The position numbers were made by a program, and so were the translations under genes. From Candidatus Nomurabacteria bacterium RIFCSPHIGHO2_12_FULL_42_19 (GTDB taxonomy: Bacteria; Patescibacteriota; Minisyncoccia; Phycocordibacterales; UBA9973), in contig MFUM01000001.1 in NCBI GenBank assembly GCA_001786955.1, forward strand, positions 410 to 64,409: a stretch of DNA of 64,000 bases, given 5' to 3'. Shown here one piece after another: positions 28,001 to 36,867 of the stretch (positions within the stretch are counted from its first letter, which is position 1; each line of letters opens with the position of its first letter). A model generated the notes under the pieces. That model worked only from the letters and a program-made list of their open reading frames with translations. It was not told the DNA's origin and made no database searches.

Positions 28001-29636
28001 AACAATATTAATAATTTTTGCGTTCGTTAGTTTTTTTAACACTGCTTATGCAACACTCAATATAGACACAACAGTGGATGTGCCCGTAAGTTGTAGTGTG
28101 ACGGACACTGATGGAGCAGTGCACAACTATCCCCAAGCCGATTCGTATCTGGCTATCTGCGCTCTGGAAAAAGCACTTGAGCAAAATATAGTTAGTGCTA
28201 TTGACTTCGTGGATTTTGGTTTTGGACTTTTTATAAATAGCGTTAACAATATTTCACAGAATAATACATACTGGCAACTTCGACTAAATAATGTTAGTGC
28301 GAGTGTTGGCGTATCAGATCTTACATTACAGGCAGGCGATATAGTATCACTAATACTAACAGCTTTCGACCCCATAACTTTTGCAGAAACATCCTTGGAA
28401 GATCAGGTAATACTTCATATAAATTCGTTAATCGCTCCGCCACTAATAAACTCGGGAGGAGGACCGCTATTTGTTGAATCTAATCCAGTCACAGCTTCCC
28501 CTTCCGTTAATTCCACGATATCTGCTCCTGAAACGAAACCTGCTTTTGATATTGAAAAAGCTTTTAAATTCATAACTTCACAACAAAAAGAGAACGGGTC
28601 TTTCGGCGAAGATCTTTATACGGATTGGACTGCTATGGCCTTAGCATCGGGAAATTATCAAGAGCAAACGATAAAATTGGTTAAATATTTTGGAGAATCT
28701 AAAATTGAAAATCCTCTCTTGACGGACTATGAAAGACGCGCCATGGCTTTGATGGCGCTCGGACTTAACCCGTATAACACTAACGGTGAAAATTATATTG
28801 AGAAAATAGTCAATAGTTTTGACGGCAAACAATTCGGCAATGCCAATGAAGACAATGATGATATTTTTGCTTTGATAGTTCTGCAAAATGCAGGTTATGG
28901 CCAAGGTGAAAAAATGATAAATGACGATATAAGTTTTGTCCTGAGCCGGCAAAGAGAAAATGGCTCCTGGGATGAATCTGTGGATATGACCGGAGCAGCC
29001 ATAGAGGCTCTTGCTAATTTTAATCAAAAAATAGACCCTCTCCTGACCTCTCCCTTAGCAGGAGGAGAAGTAATCTCAAACGCATTAATGAAAGCAAGAG
29101 AATTTTTGAAACAAAATCAGAAAGACAACGGTGGCTGGAATAATGCTTCTTCTACCGCTTGGGCGCTGGAAGGAATCTTGGCACTCAATGAAAAACCGGA
29201 AGATTGGACGAAAAATGACCTCGCCAAGGACGGGGCAAGCAACACGCCACTTGATTATCTCGCAACAATCCAGGACACCGATGGAGGAATAAAAAATGAA
29301 AATCTAAACAATAAAATTTGGGAAACTGCTTATGTCGCCTCCATTTTATCCGATAAAACCTGGAATCAAATAATGCAGAAATTCGAAAAACCAGTAGTCA
29401 CTGAAATTCAACAAGAATCTATACAAAAAGAAGAAACTAAAACTATGGTAGTTAAAAAAAGCCCGATTGCAAAAGTAAATAATCCAAATGATAATAAAAT
29501 AAAATTAGAAAATATAGCAGGACAAAACACCGCAATTGCTCTCTCTGCCACTCAAAATACAGAAACACCCGCGCTGGCGCAACCGGTAAAAAAGAACTGG
29601 TTTATGAAATTACTGGATAGTATTTTCGGCTTTTAG
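27981..29636 (+). CDS. Secreted DUF4430 plus alpha/alpha-barrel (prenyltransferase-repeat) protein, putative cobalamin-binding
   Basis: Signal peptide; FGLFINSVN..YWQLRLNN.SASVGVSDLTLQAGD; QxxxGSW-type repeats (QKENGSF, QRENGSW, QKDNGGW, QDTDGGI). Confidence 0.75.
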   Translation: MKNQIFKTILIIFAFVSFFNTAYATLNIDTTVDVPVSCSVTDTDGAVHNYPQADSYLAICALEKALEQNIVSAIDFVDFGFGLFINSVNNISQNNTYWQLRLNNVSASVGVSDLTLQAGDIVSLILTAFDPITFAETSLEDQVILHINSLIAPPLINSGGGPLFVESNPVTASPSVNSTISAPETKPAFDIEKAFKFITSQQKENGSFGEDLYTDWTAMALASGNYQEQTIKLVKYFGESKIENPLLTDYERRAMALMALGLNPYNTNGENYIEKIVNSFDGKQFGNANEDNDDIFALIVLQNAGYGQGEKMINDDISFVLSRQRENGSWDESVDMTGAAIEALANFNQKIDPLLTSPLAGGEVISNALMKAREFLKQNQKDNGGWNNASSTAWALEGILALNEKPEDWTKNDLAKDGASNTPLDYLATIQDTDGGIKNENLNNKIWETAYVASILSDKTWNQIMQKFEKPVVTEIQQESIQKEETKTMVVKKSPIAKVNNPNDNKIKLENIAGQNTAIALSATQNTETPALAQPVKKNWFMKLLDSIFGF

Positions 29637-30019
29637 AATAAAGCTGCCACCCAGGGAAGCGGAACAGCAAGAAGCATCAGCACAGCTCCGAGGAGCGCTA
29701 AATTCTTTTTGAAGTTGATTTCTTCTCCCATTCTTGCGTTTTGGTCGGCAATTTTCCAATATTGATGCATTTGGAGGGTCGTGACGAATAAAAATACCGC
29801 AAGCAGAAGCACTGAAAGTTGTATGTAGATACCTAAAAATATCCCTAGACCCCCTAAAACCATCATAAGTCCGGTCAAAAGCACAGATTCTCTCGGCATT
29901 GGCACACCTTTTGACTGCGCATAGCCGGTCAGCATCCCGAGATGCCTGAAATGGTTAAGGCCGCTCATTATAAAATAACCTCCCAACAATATCCTGCCCA
30001 ATAAAAATAAATAAACCAT
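29633..30019 (-). CDS. DoxX family membrane protein
   Basis: LGRILLGGYFIMSG..H; NFKKNLALLGA. Confidence 0.88.
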   Translation of the reverse strand: MVYLFLLGRILLGGYFIMSGLNHFRHLGMLTGYAQSKGVPMPRESVLLTGLMMVLGGLGIFLGIYIQLSVLLLAVFLFVTTLQMHQYWKIADQNARMGEEINFKKNLALLGAVLMLLAVPLPWVAALF

Positions 30020-30088
30020 AATTTTATGTTCCCTAGGCAAGGCCTAAGATTAATATTAATAAATCTATTATACACGACAATCATTATT

Positions 30089-30619
30089 TTACAATATATT
30101 GCGTATCCAAAATCTTAGTTTGCATACGCCTTTTACCTTGATTTTATTTCCCAACACTCCGCCATTTTTTTCTATAACTTTCCTGGAAGCAATATTGCCT
30201 TCATCACAAGTGATTAAGGCTTTTTTGATGCCGAGTTGTTTAGTTTTTTTGAGCCCCAATCGCAACATTTCTGTGGCATAGCCTTTTTTTCGTTCTGAAG
30301 GCGCGACTGCATAACCGATATGCCCACCTATAATCCTAAGATTCTTATTTAAGCGATGCCGAATATCTAAACGCCCGACGATTTTATTCCCCACGACTGC
30401 CCAATAGAGTGTTGCGGGCACTCTGCCTTTTTCCAAATTAATTCCTCTTCTGTCGTTAATCATTTTTCTGTTGTAAAGGGAAAAATCTTTTAAAGATTTG
30501 AATAAATCCATACCTCTCGAGGCAGTCTTGCTTCCCTCTGCTCGAAATTCCTTTTCCATCTTTAAGTATGAAGTAGCATATTTCTTATTCGGCAAAATTA
30601 GTTTTAATTTGTGTTTCAT
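30089..30619 (-). CDS. GNAT family acetyltransferase
   Basis: GGHIGYAVAPSERKKGYA; TCDEGNIASRKVIEKNGG. Confidence 0.92.
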   Translation of the reverse strand: MKHKLKLILPNKKYATSYLKMEKEFRAEGSKTASRGMDLFKSLKDFSLYNRKMINDRRGINLEKGRVPATLYWAVVGNKIVGRLDIRHRLNKNLRIIGGHIGYAVAPSERKKGYATEMLRLGLKKTKQLGIKKALITCDEGNIASRKVIEKNGGVLGNKIKVKGVCKLRFWIRNIL

Positions 30620-31224
30620 TTTTTATATTCAACTATTTTCCCTGCCTCTATTTCAATTTTGTCCGCCTTGCGGAGATTTTTAATATAAAATTTCGGGACC
30701 ATATCGTAATGTTTTATTTTATCCAGCTTTTTATCTATATACCAAAGGTCAACTTTTGAGACCGCCCAATTTTTTTTCAAAGTATTCAAATCCAAAAGCG
30801 CGGAGTATTGCCTTAATGTTTTCCGGCCATCATTTAAAAAATATTCGTGAAAATACGACATTGCCAGCTCGCGGATGTTTTTATAAATCGGCTCGCGGTA
30901 GCGCAAAATCGCGTGGTTAGTTTTTGATAATGCGCCCCAAAAACTTCTAACCTTAAAAGGAGCAACAACATGGTCATAATCCCCTCTTGTTGTCTTTAGA
31001 TGCATTAAATAAGGCTTAAAACCGTGCTGTGACAAGATATAAGCCCCAAGGAGCGCTCCTTCAAAACAATGCGCTCTCTTAGCCCTTAATGTAAAAAGGG
31101 GGCTTTTTAGGGTCTCCCTGCCTTTCTCAAAATTAAACTGCAGTCCATTTAAATAATCCTGCACTTTGGCGGGAGTGTTTAACTTTTTGATTAAAGTTAT
31201 TTCATTTTTAGTAAACGAGAACAT
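30616..31224 (-). CDS. Conserved hypothetical protein, transglutaminase-like
   Basis: AHCFEGALL, DHVVA, WGALSKTNH. Confidence 0.65.
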   Translation of the reverse strand: MFSFTKNEITLIKKLNTPAKVQDYLNGLQFNFEKGRETLKSPLFTLRAKRAHCFEGALLGAYILSQHGFKPYLMHLKTTRGDYDHVVAPFKVRSFWGALSKTNHAILRYREPIYKNIRELAMSYFHEYFLNDGRKTLRQYSALLDLNTLKKNWAVSKVDLWYIDKKLDKIKHYDMVPKFYIKNLRKADKIEIEAGKIVEYKK

Positions 31225-31848
31225 TTATTGATTCAATATACATGATGGATATGAAGACCATCCGCACTGCCCGTCTTGTTGACGCTCACAAGTTGAGTTT
31301 CCGCAATTATATTTATATCCTCCGGGAGGATATTCACAGGTAGTTACTAAATCTTTTTTATCGGAGCAAATTTGTCCGCCGCATCCGCCGACATAACAAG
31401 GACCTTCCGAGCGTCCGGGAAATTCGACAAGAATTGTCATGCTGCTCTCTGTGGCATTTTGCAAGCGAAAAGTATAACCTTCAAATGTCACGCTTTTATT
31501 ATTTTCAGTTCCCAGGCGTATTTCTGATGATTTTGACAATTTTCCGCCGGAAGCCATGAAAGTTCCCGCAAGCTCCCCCGCCCAAATACATTGCACATCT
31601 TTCGGACAGCGCGAATCGTTTATTCCCTTCAGCTCGACATTTAGACCATCAGAAAAAGCAGTCTTGTCATTCAATTTAAATGTAATAACTTTGCCAAATT
31701 CCGAAAAACCATTTATAGGATTTTCTACGGGCTTTCCCGTATCTGTATCCCCTTGTTTAATAATTTTGTTATTTGATTCAATAGCCAAAAATCCAAGACC
31801 CGCAACGATTCCCAAACCCAAAACACTTAAAACAAGATTTTTATACAT
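31225..31848 (-). CDS. Membrane-anchored protein with C-terminal Cys-cluster domain
   Basis: DSRCPKDVQCIWAG; CYVGGCGGQICS...TTCEY...CGW. Confidence 0.7.
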   Translation of the reverse strand: MYKNLVLSVLGLGIVAGLGFLAIESNNKIIKQGDTDTGKPVENPINGFSEFGKVITFKLNDKTAFSDGLNVELKGINDSRCPKDVQCIWAGELAGTFMASGGKLSKSSEIRLGTENNKSVTFEGYTFRLQNATESSMTILVEFPGRSEGPCYVGGCGGQICSDKKDLVTTCEYPPGGYKYNCGNSTCERQQDGQCGWSSYPSCILNQ

Positions 31849-31874
31849 AGATTAATTATAACGCAAATAGAATT

Positions 31875-33410
31875 TTATTCAAATTCGGTTGTGGCGGGAG
31901 GCTTGGGAGTGAAATCATAAAAGACGCGGACAATTTTCGGATGTTTGATGAGAGCGCCGGTAATTTCTTCGCAAATTTCTTTATTTAAATAAAAACCCTT
32001 GACTGTCATAAAATCAACAGTTTCTACCGTGCGGACTACTATGGAATATCCATACACCCGCCCGTCTCCTTTCACGCCGACAGTATTTACTCCGAGAAGT
32101 GCAACAATTGTCTGCGCAATTTTATCGTATAAATTGTGTTTCTTTAAAATTTCGGCGACCTCATAATCCGCTTCGCGCACAATTTCAAGCAACTCGCTCG
32201 AGACCGGCACGCCGACGATACGCAGATATAATCCGGGTCCCGGGAAAGGCTGCCGGCCGGCTAAAAGCTCTTCTAGCCCGAATTCGCGGGCAAATTCGCG
32301 CACTTCAAATTTAAAAAAATCGGATAAAGGCATTATTTCTGTCAGCCCCAAGTCTAAATCCACATTGTGATGCGTTTTTATAAGCGCAGAATTCCCGGCA
32401 TTTCCGGATTCTATCAAATCTGTCGCCAGCGTCCCTTGTATCATATGCGTCGCATTACACGAGCGGGCTACTTCGCGAAAAACTTCGCCATAAACTTCCC
32501 GAAAATGCGCGCGCTTCTTTTCGGCATCTATACTCTGTCCGACACTCTCTATAAATTTATTTTTATATTTATCAACCACTTCCAAATTGATTCCGGATTT
32601 TTTCGCAATTTTTTTCACTTTCTCAATTTCATCCTTGCGCATTCCGCCGGTATCTATCATAAATGCTTTCAATTTATCGCCCAGGATCGGCGTGAGAATT
32701 GCGGCAAGAGTGGTAGAATCCACCCCGCCGGACACTCCGATAATTGCCGTGCCGCTGCCTAATATTTTTTTTGTATTTGCGCGTATTTCTTCGATTACAT
32801 TTTTTTTATCATAATCCTTTACACAACCGCAAATATCGCTCGCAAAATTATTTAAAATAATATTTTCATCTTCCGTCTGCTCGACTTCCGGATGGAATTG
32901 AACTGCCCAAAGTTTCTTATCCGCGCATTCTATGGCTTCTATCACTTTTTTATTATTAGAAGTGGCAATAATATCAAAACCCGCCGGAACATTCTTCACG
33001 GAATCCCCATGGCTGGACCAGGCGCTAATTTTCTTCGCCAGATTTTTAAAAAGTCTGCTTTCACTTAAGGAAACTTCTACCGGCCCGTAAGACTTGCCTT
33101 CTTTTATTGCCTGAATGGCATTTTTATCGTGTATATACGCGAGCCATTGCATGCCTAAGCAAATCCCTAAAATCGGTACGCCGAGACCCAGTATTTCTTT
33201 CGGGATTTCCGGCGTATCGGCATCGGATATGTTTATCGTTCCTCCGGAGAGAATTATGCTTTTCGGCTTGTTTATTTTTGCCCATTCCAGAGATTTTTCC
33301 GGAGAAATAATAATTGAATGAAAACCTAAGTAGCGCAGGCTGCGCCTGATAATTTGGGTATATTGCGAACCGAGGTCAATAATTAATATTTGAATCGCCC
33401 TATCCTGCAT
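31875..33410 (-). CDS. guaA: GMP synthase (glutamine-hydrolysing)
   Basis: DLGSQY, GICLGMQ, QFHPE, SGGVDS, PFPGPGL, KPPATTE. Confidence 0.97.
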   Translation of the reverse strand: MQDRAIQILIIDLGSQYTQIIRRSLRYLGFHSIIISPEKSLEWAKINKPKSIILSGGTINISDADTPEIPKEILGLGVPILGICLGMQWLAYIHDKNAIQAIKEGKSYGPVEVSLSESRLFKNLAKKISAWSSHGDSVKNVPAGFDIIATSNNKKVIEAIECADKKLWAVQFHPEVEQTEDENIILNNFASDICGCVKDYDKKNVIEEIRANTKKILGSGTAIIGVSGGVDSTTLAAILTPILGDKLKAFMIDTGGMRKDEIEKVKKIAKKSGINLEVVDKYKNKFIESVGQSIDAEKKRAHFREVYGEVFREVARSCNATHMIQGTLATDLIESGNAGNSALIKTHHNVDLDLGLTEIMPLSDFFKFEVREFAREFGLEELLAGRQPFPGPGLYLRIVGVPVSSELLEIVREADYEVAEILKKHNLYDKIAQTIVALLGVNTVGVKGDGRVYGYSIVVRTVETVDFMTVKGFYLNKEICEEITGALIKHPKIVRVFYDFTPKPPATTEFE

Positions 33411-33492
33411 TGGTAGATTGTATCACAAAATATATACAAAAATGAATTTAAAAAACGTTCTGGACAAAATAAAGATTTAGTGTATAGTTTTG

Positions 33493-33662
33493 GGATGATA
33501 TTGTTCCTTCGGCATTTAGTTCAGTGGGCGGTTATCGCCCTTTCGGGAGGGTTTTTTCTCCCGAATTACGTGCCCCCAGAAAACGGCGACCGAGCCGTTT
33601 TAAATCGTATCATCCATCGGCGCGACTAGTTAAACATCAACTGGCCGCGCCGAATCATTTTT
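33493..33662. ncRNA. Putative structured non-coding RNA of unknown family
   Basis: GC-rich intergenic block; ggatgata/tatcatcc closes three hairpins; a fourth hairpin at 33617-33653; plus-strand TGGACA-16-TATAGT at 33461-33488. Confidence 0.5.
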
Positions 33663-33675
33663 ACCCAAATTCCAA

Positions 33676-33741
33676 CTATTTCTTCTTTGCCTTTTTGGGC
33701 TTCTTTACATCTTTTCTATATGCGTTATTTCCTTTTCCCAT
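33676..33741 (-). CDS. Small basic 21-aa peptide (MGKGNNAYRKDVKKPKKAKKK)
   Basis: ATG...TAG with TATAAT about 30 nt upstream; below the ORF-track cutoff. Confidence 0.4.
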   Translation of the reverse strand: MGKGNNAYRKDVKKPKKAKKK

Positions 33742-33800
33742 TGATTTTGCGAAAAACGTTGCGCAATCATTATAATTAGCGAGACGCAGTTTTAGTTAAT

Positions 33801-33842
33801 CCCGACGAACTTCGTTGTCGGGATCCCGACTTTACGTCGGGG
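33801..33842. repeat. CCCGAC-type double-hairpin REP-like element, copy 3
   Basis: cccgacgaacttcgttgtcggg-at-cccgactttacgtcgggg. Confidence 0.8.
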
Positions 33843-33855
33843 CTAATAATCTAAA

Positions 33856-34401
33856 TTAATCTTCTTTCTTGTAAAAATGAGCAACCAAGACAATGGCAAT
33901 CAGCGCCAAATAACCGCTTAAAGCAAGCATCGGGAAAGAAATATATCCCCCGAATGCGGATATCAGCTGCTGATAGCAAGACACGCCGGAAGCATCGCAC
34001 GGCAGGCTGGAACCTCCTCCGAAGTAATAGAAAAAATTCTGATAAACGGAAAAAATAAAACCAACACCAAGGAGCGGAAGCACATATTTTACTATTTTTC
34101 TATCCTTGCTCCAGATAGCCGTCCCAAAAATAAAGGGGAGCGGAAACAAAAATATTCTTTGATACCAGCACAGATAACAGGGCACAAAACCGATTATTTC
34201 CGAATACACGAGAGAAAACAACGAGGCAAGAAGAGATATAATAAAACCAAGCGTCAGATAGTGCTTGTCGACAAAACTTAAAAAGATATTTTGCTTGGGT
34301 CCTATAAAAAGTAAAAATAGAGCAATGACAGCAAAAATTTGCAAAAATATCGCCCCAGCCCCCAGAAACATATTAAGATAATTTACAGCTTCTAGATTCA
34401 T
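33856..34401 (-). CDS. Disulfide bond formation protein B (DsbB/BdbC-like)
   Basis: PCYLCWYQRI and a second Cys pair (CDASGVSC); TM helices. Confidence 0.9.
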   Translation of the reverse strand: MNLEAVNYLNMFLGAGAIFLQIFAVIALFLLFIGPKQNIFLSFVDKHYLTLGFIISLLASLFSLVYSEIIGFVPCYLCWYQRIFLFPLPFIFGTAIWSKDRKIVKYVLPLLGVGFIFSVYQNFFYYFGGGSSLPCDASGVSCYQQLISAFGGYISFPMLALSGYLALIAIVLVAHFYKKED

Positions 34402-34402
34402 A

Positions 34403-34789
34403 TTATTCCGGCAACACGCATGAAGTTTTTTCGGATAATTTGGTGAGCGAAACTTCTCCAGTCAACCTTGAACCATCGGCAAATTCCCAAGTTGGATAAC
34501 CTTCTATTTTTTTATCTATGCAAGCCTGCGTCTGACCTTGTCCGCTGGCGAGAGAACATTCAACGTAAGGCAATAGTTTTTGGGAGGTGCCAAACATTTT
34601 TTTTTGCGCCTGGCAATGCGAGCACCAAAAAGCACCATAGAAAACCGCGCCCTTATCTTTTAAACAAGTTGCAAAACTGTCATACGGACCGGGTCCGGCA
34701 GGCGCCCCATTTGAACGAAGCAGGACGGTTGCAATCACTCCTAAAACCAAGAGACCGATTATCAAAAAGAAAACTTTTTTATTATCCAT
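34403..34789 (-). CDS. Membrane-anchored thioredoxin-like oxidoreductase
   Basis: FYGAFWCSHC..QK; YPTW cis-Pro loop. Confidence 0.85.
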   Translation of the reverse strand: MDNKKVFFLIIGLLVLGVIATVLLRSNGAPAGPGPYDSFATCLKDKGAVFYGAFWCSHCQAQKKMFGTSQKLLPYVECSLASGQGQTQACIDKKIEGYPTWEFADGSRLTGEVSLTKLSEKTSCVLPE

Positions 34790-34806
34790 AATTTTATTAT
34801 ATCAAT

Positions 34807-35187
34807 TTAAAAAATCTTTGGCAAAAAAACAATAAATCCGACAATTATTGCCACAAATACAGACAATAATACGGCGGCGGCGGCTACATCTTTGGTGTCT
34901 CTGGCATAGGGATGATATTCCGGCGAAGTCAGGTCTATGTCTATTTCAATAGCCGTATTAAATGCCTCTGAGATTATCACAAAACCGATAGCGAAAATCA
35001 AAGCAATCCATTCAATACCGGAAATATGAAAATAAAATCCCAAAAATATCACAACCAGGGCTGCAATGATGTGTATAAATAAATGCCTTGTTGTTTTCCA
35101 AACAATATACATTCCCCTGAATGCGTTTAAAAATTTCTGACTATATTTCACTTCCCGCCACGCTTTTTTTTCTTTTTGAGAATCCAT
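34807..35187 (-). CDS. Diacylglycerol/undecaprenol kinase family protein
   Basis: EAFNTAIE...KDVAAAAVL. Confidence 0.9.
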   Translation of the reverse strand: MDSQKEKKAWREVKYSQKFLNAFRGMYIVWKTTRHLFIHIIAALVVIFLGFYFHISGIEWIALIFAIGFVIISEAFNTAIEIDIDLTSPEYHPYARDTKDVAAAAVLLSVFVAIIVGFIVFLPKIF

Positions 35188-35190
35188 TTT

Positions 35191-35640
35191 TTATTCAACT
35201 TTTAAGGTCCCTTTCATCCCCATAGCCCGGTGAGTTCCAACAGAACAATAATATTCAAAACTTCCTGTTTTGTCCGCTGTAAATTCCAAAACTTCAGTAG
35301 CTGGTGATTGTGCTTGTTTTGTGGCAACTCCATATTCATCGATTTTGAAATCATGAAATCCCTGAGTGTTCTGAAAAGTTATTTTAACCCTATCTCCCCT
35401 TTTTGCTGTTATTAAAGAAGGTGAGAAAGAGAAATTTTGACCCGATACGACAAATTCTTTTATTGCTAATTGTTCTTCGGTGTTAGGTGCATCTATTGTT
35501 GGCATTTCATTACTTACTACACCACCCTCTCCGGTGTCTTTATTTAATGTTGGCGCCTCTAATTTTGTACTCCTAGTCATAAAAAACAACCCCCCTGCAA
35601 CTAAAACTAAAACAATTACTGCTATGTATATATTTTTCAT
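35191..35640 (-). CDS. Cupredoxin-domain protein
   Basis: HDF...YYCSVGTHRAMGM type-1 copper ligands. Confidence 0.88.
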   Translation of the reverse strand: MKNIYIAVIVLVLVAGGLFFMTRSTKLEAPTLNKDTGEGGVVSNEMPTIDAPNTEEQLAIKEFVVSGQNFSFSPSLITAKRGDRVKITFQNTQGFHDFKIDEYGVATKQAQSPATEVLEFTADKTGSFEYYCSVGTHRAMGMKGTLKVE

Positions 35641-35655
35641 ATTTATATAATAATA

Positions 35656-36813
35656 CTATTGGTATTGTATGTAAATAGGTCGCGGGCTTAGTTTTAAAAG
35701 CTTCTCCGGCGTCATCAATAAGGTTCCCGGGCCAAGAGTGTCGTTTTTGTAAAATAATTTAAAACCGGTAAATTGCACGGGTTCTTTATAAATAAACTGC
35801 TGGTAGGTATTTATCTTCTTCGCCTCGCCTCCCCAACCGTCCATGTGCATCACAATCTGCACTTCCGGCAATGTTTTAATCTGCTTGTAATTGGTAACCA
35901 TTTTCTGAGTGTAGCGGTGAATAGTGAGAATTTTAGGAGTGAGGTTATTTCCCCGCACCAAGCCGGCTAAATAATTTAAGGCAAAATTTATATCAGTTGC
36001 GTCCAGGGTGCCGACGATTTTCCCCGGCCTGATGCCACTTTTCATGGAAAATTCGGGATCAATTCCCAGATGCACATTGGGCATTTTAAAATATTTCTCC
36101 AATAAAGGGATTTCCTTTTCTACGCTGGAAAAGCCAAGCTGAATATCAAGAAAAACAATTGCATTCCCGCCTGCATCAGCTGTGCCTGAAGCATTGCGGG
36201 CAGGTATTTTTGCCGCCATCGCTAAAACTTTATCTATTTCCGAATAAGGCATTCTAAATCTGTATTTGCCGTCATCCCCAGGCTTGTTTTGGGCCACGAC
36301 CGCAATATAGTGGAGCGCCGGAACAACCGGCGTGTCAGGGTCAGCTTCTTCCCATTTCTTTACTTCAGCCCCAAGTTTTACGAGCATTTCTTCTTCAGGA
36401 TATTGCCCCAAAACTCCCATTTTTGTGGAATATAAATTTCCATAATAAGCAACAATACGTTTGAATGGCAAAATCGCGCCGGGGTTTGGATAGGGGGTTT
36501 TTACCGGCCAGGGACTGGACGGAGTGGGTTTGGGCTCTATAGTTATGGTTGTTTCTTCTCCGGTTTTTGGGTCCTTGATAATTTTTTTAACTGGTTCTTT
36601 GGGGAGAGGATTATTGGCTATTTCATTTATTTTCTTATCGTAGGCGATAATATCGAGCGGAGGAATTGGCAGAGGCAAATTTTTTTCTGTTAATTTTTTT
36701 TCTTCTTCCGGTTTTTTATAATAAACATCGTCGCCGAAAAATCCGGAAACGTTAAGAACCAAAACGCAAAAAAGTGTCGCAACTATTGAAAAAATCCAGA
36801 TTTTTTTACTCAT
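35656..36813 (-). CDS. Conserved hypothetical exported protein
   Basis: RIVAYYGN, MGVLG, LGIDPEF, HMDGWG, GFKLFY; carries a 13-aa palindromic insert. Confidence 0.75.
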   Translation of the reverse strand: MSKKIWIFSIVATLFCVLVLNVSGFFGDDVYYKKPEEEKKLTEKNLPLPIPPLDIIAYDKKINEIANNPLPKEPVKKIIKDPKTGEETTITIEPKPTPSSPWPVKTPYPNPGAILPFKRIVAYYGNLYSTKMGVLGQYPEEEMLVKLGAEVKKWEEADPDTPVVPALHYIAVVAQNKPGDDGKYRFRMPYSEIDKVLAMAAKIPARNASGTADAGGNAIVFLDIQLGFSSVEKEIPLLEKYFKMPNVHLGIDPEFSMKSGIRPGKIVGTLDATDINFALNYLAGLVRGNNLTPKILTIHRYTQKMVTNYKQIKTLPEVQIVMHMDGWGGEAKKINTYQQFIYKEPVQFTGFKLFYKNDTLGPGTLLMTPEKLLKLSPRPIYIQYQ

Positions 36814-36867
36814 TTTAGTTAAGTATAGCGGGGAAAATACATTTCTGCAATGTATTACAGGAATCTA

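Noticed and set aside
33493-33662. Purine, ZTP or glycine riboswitch for guaA
   Set aside because: Only a short GCCGAAGGAACAA resemblance to glycine aptamers; core consensus is absent and guaA has its own proximal -10 box.
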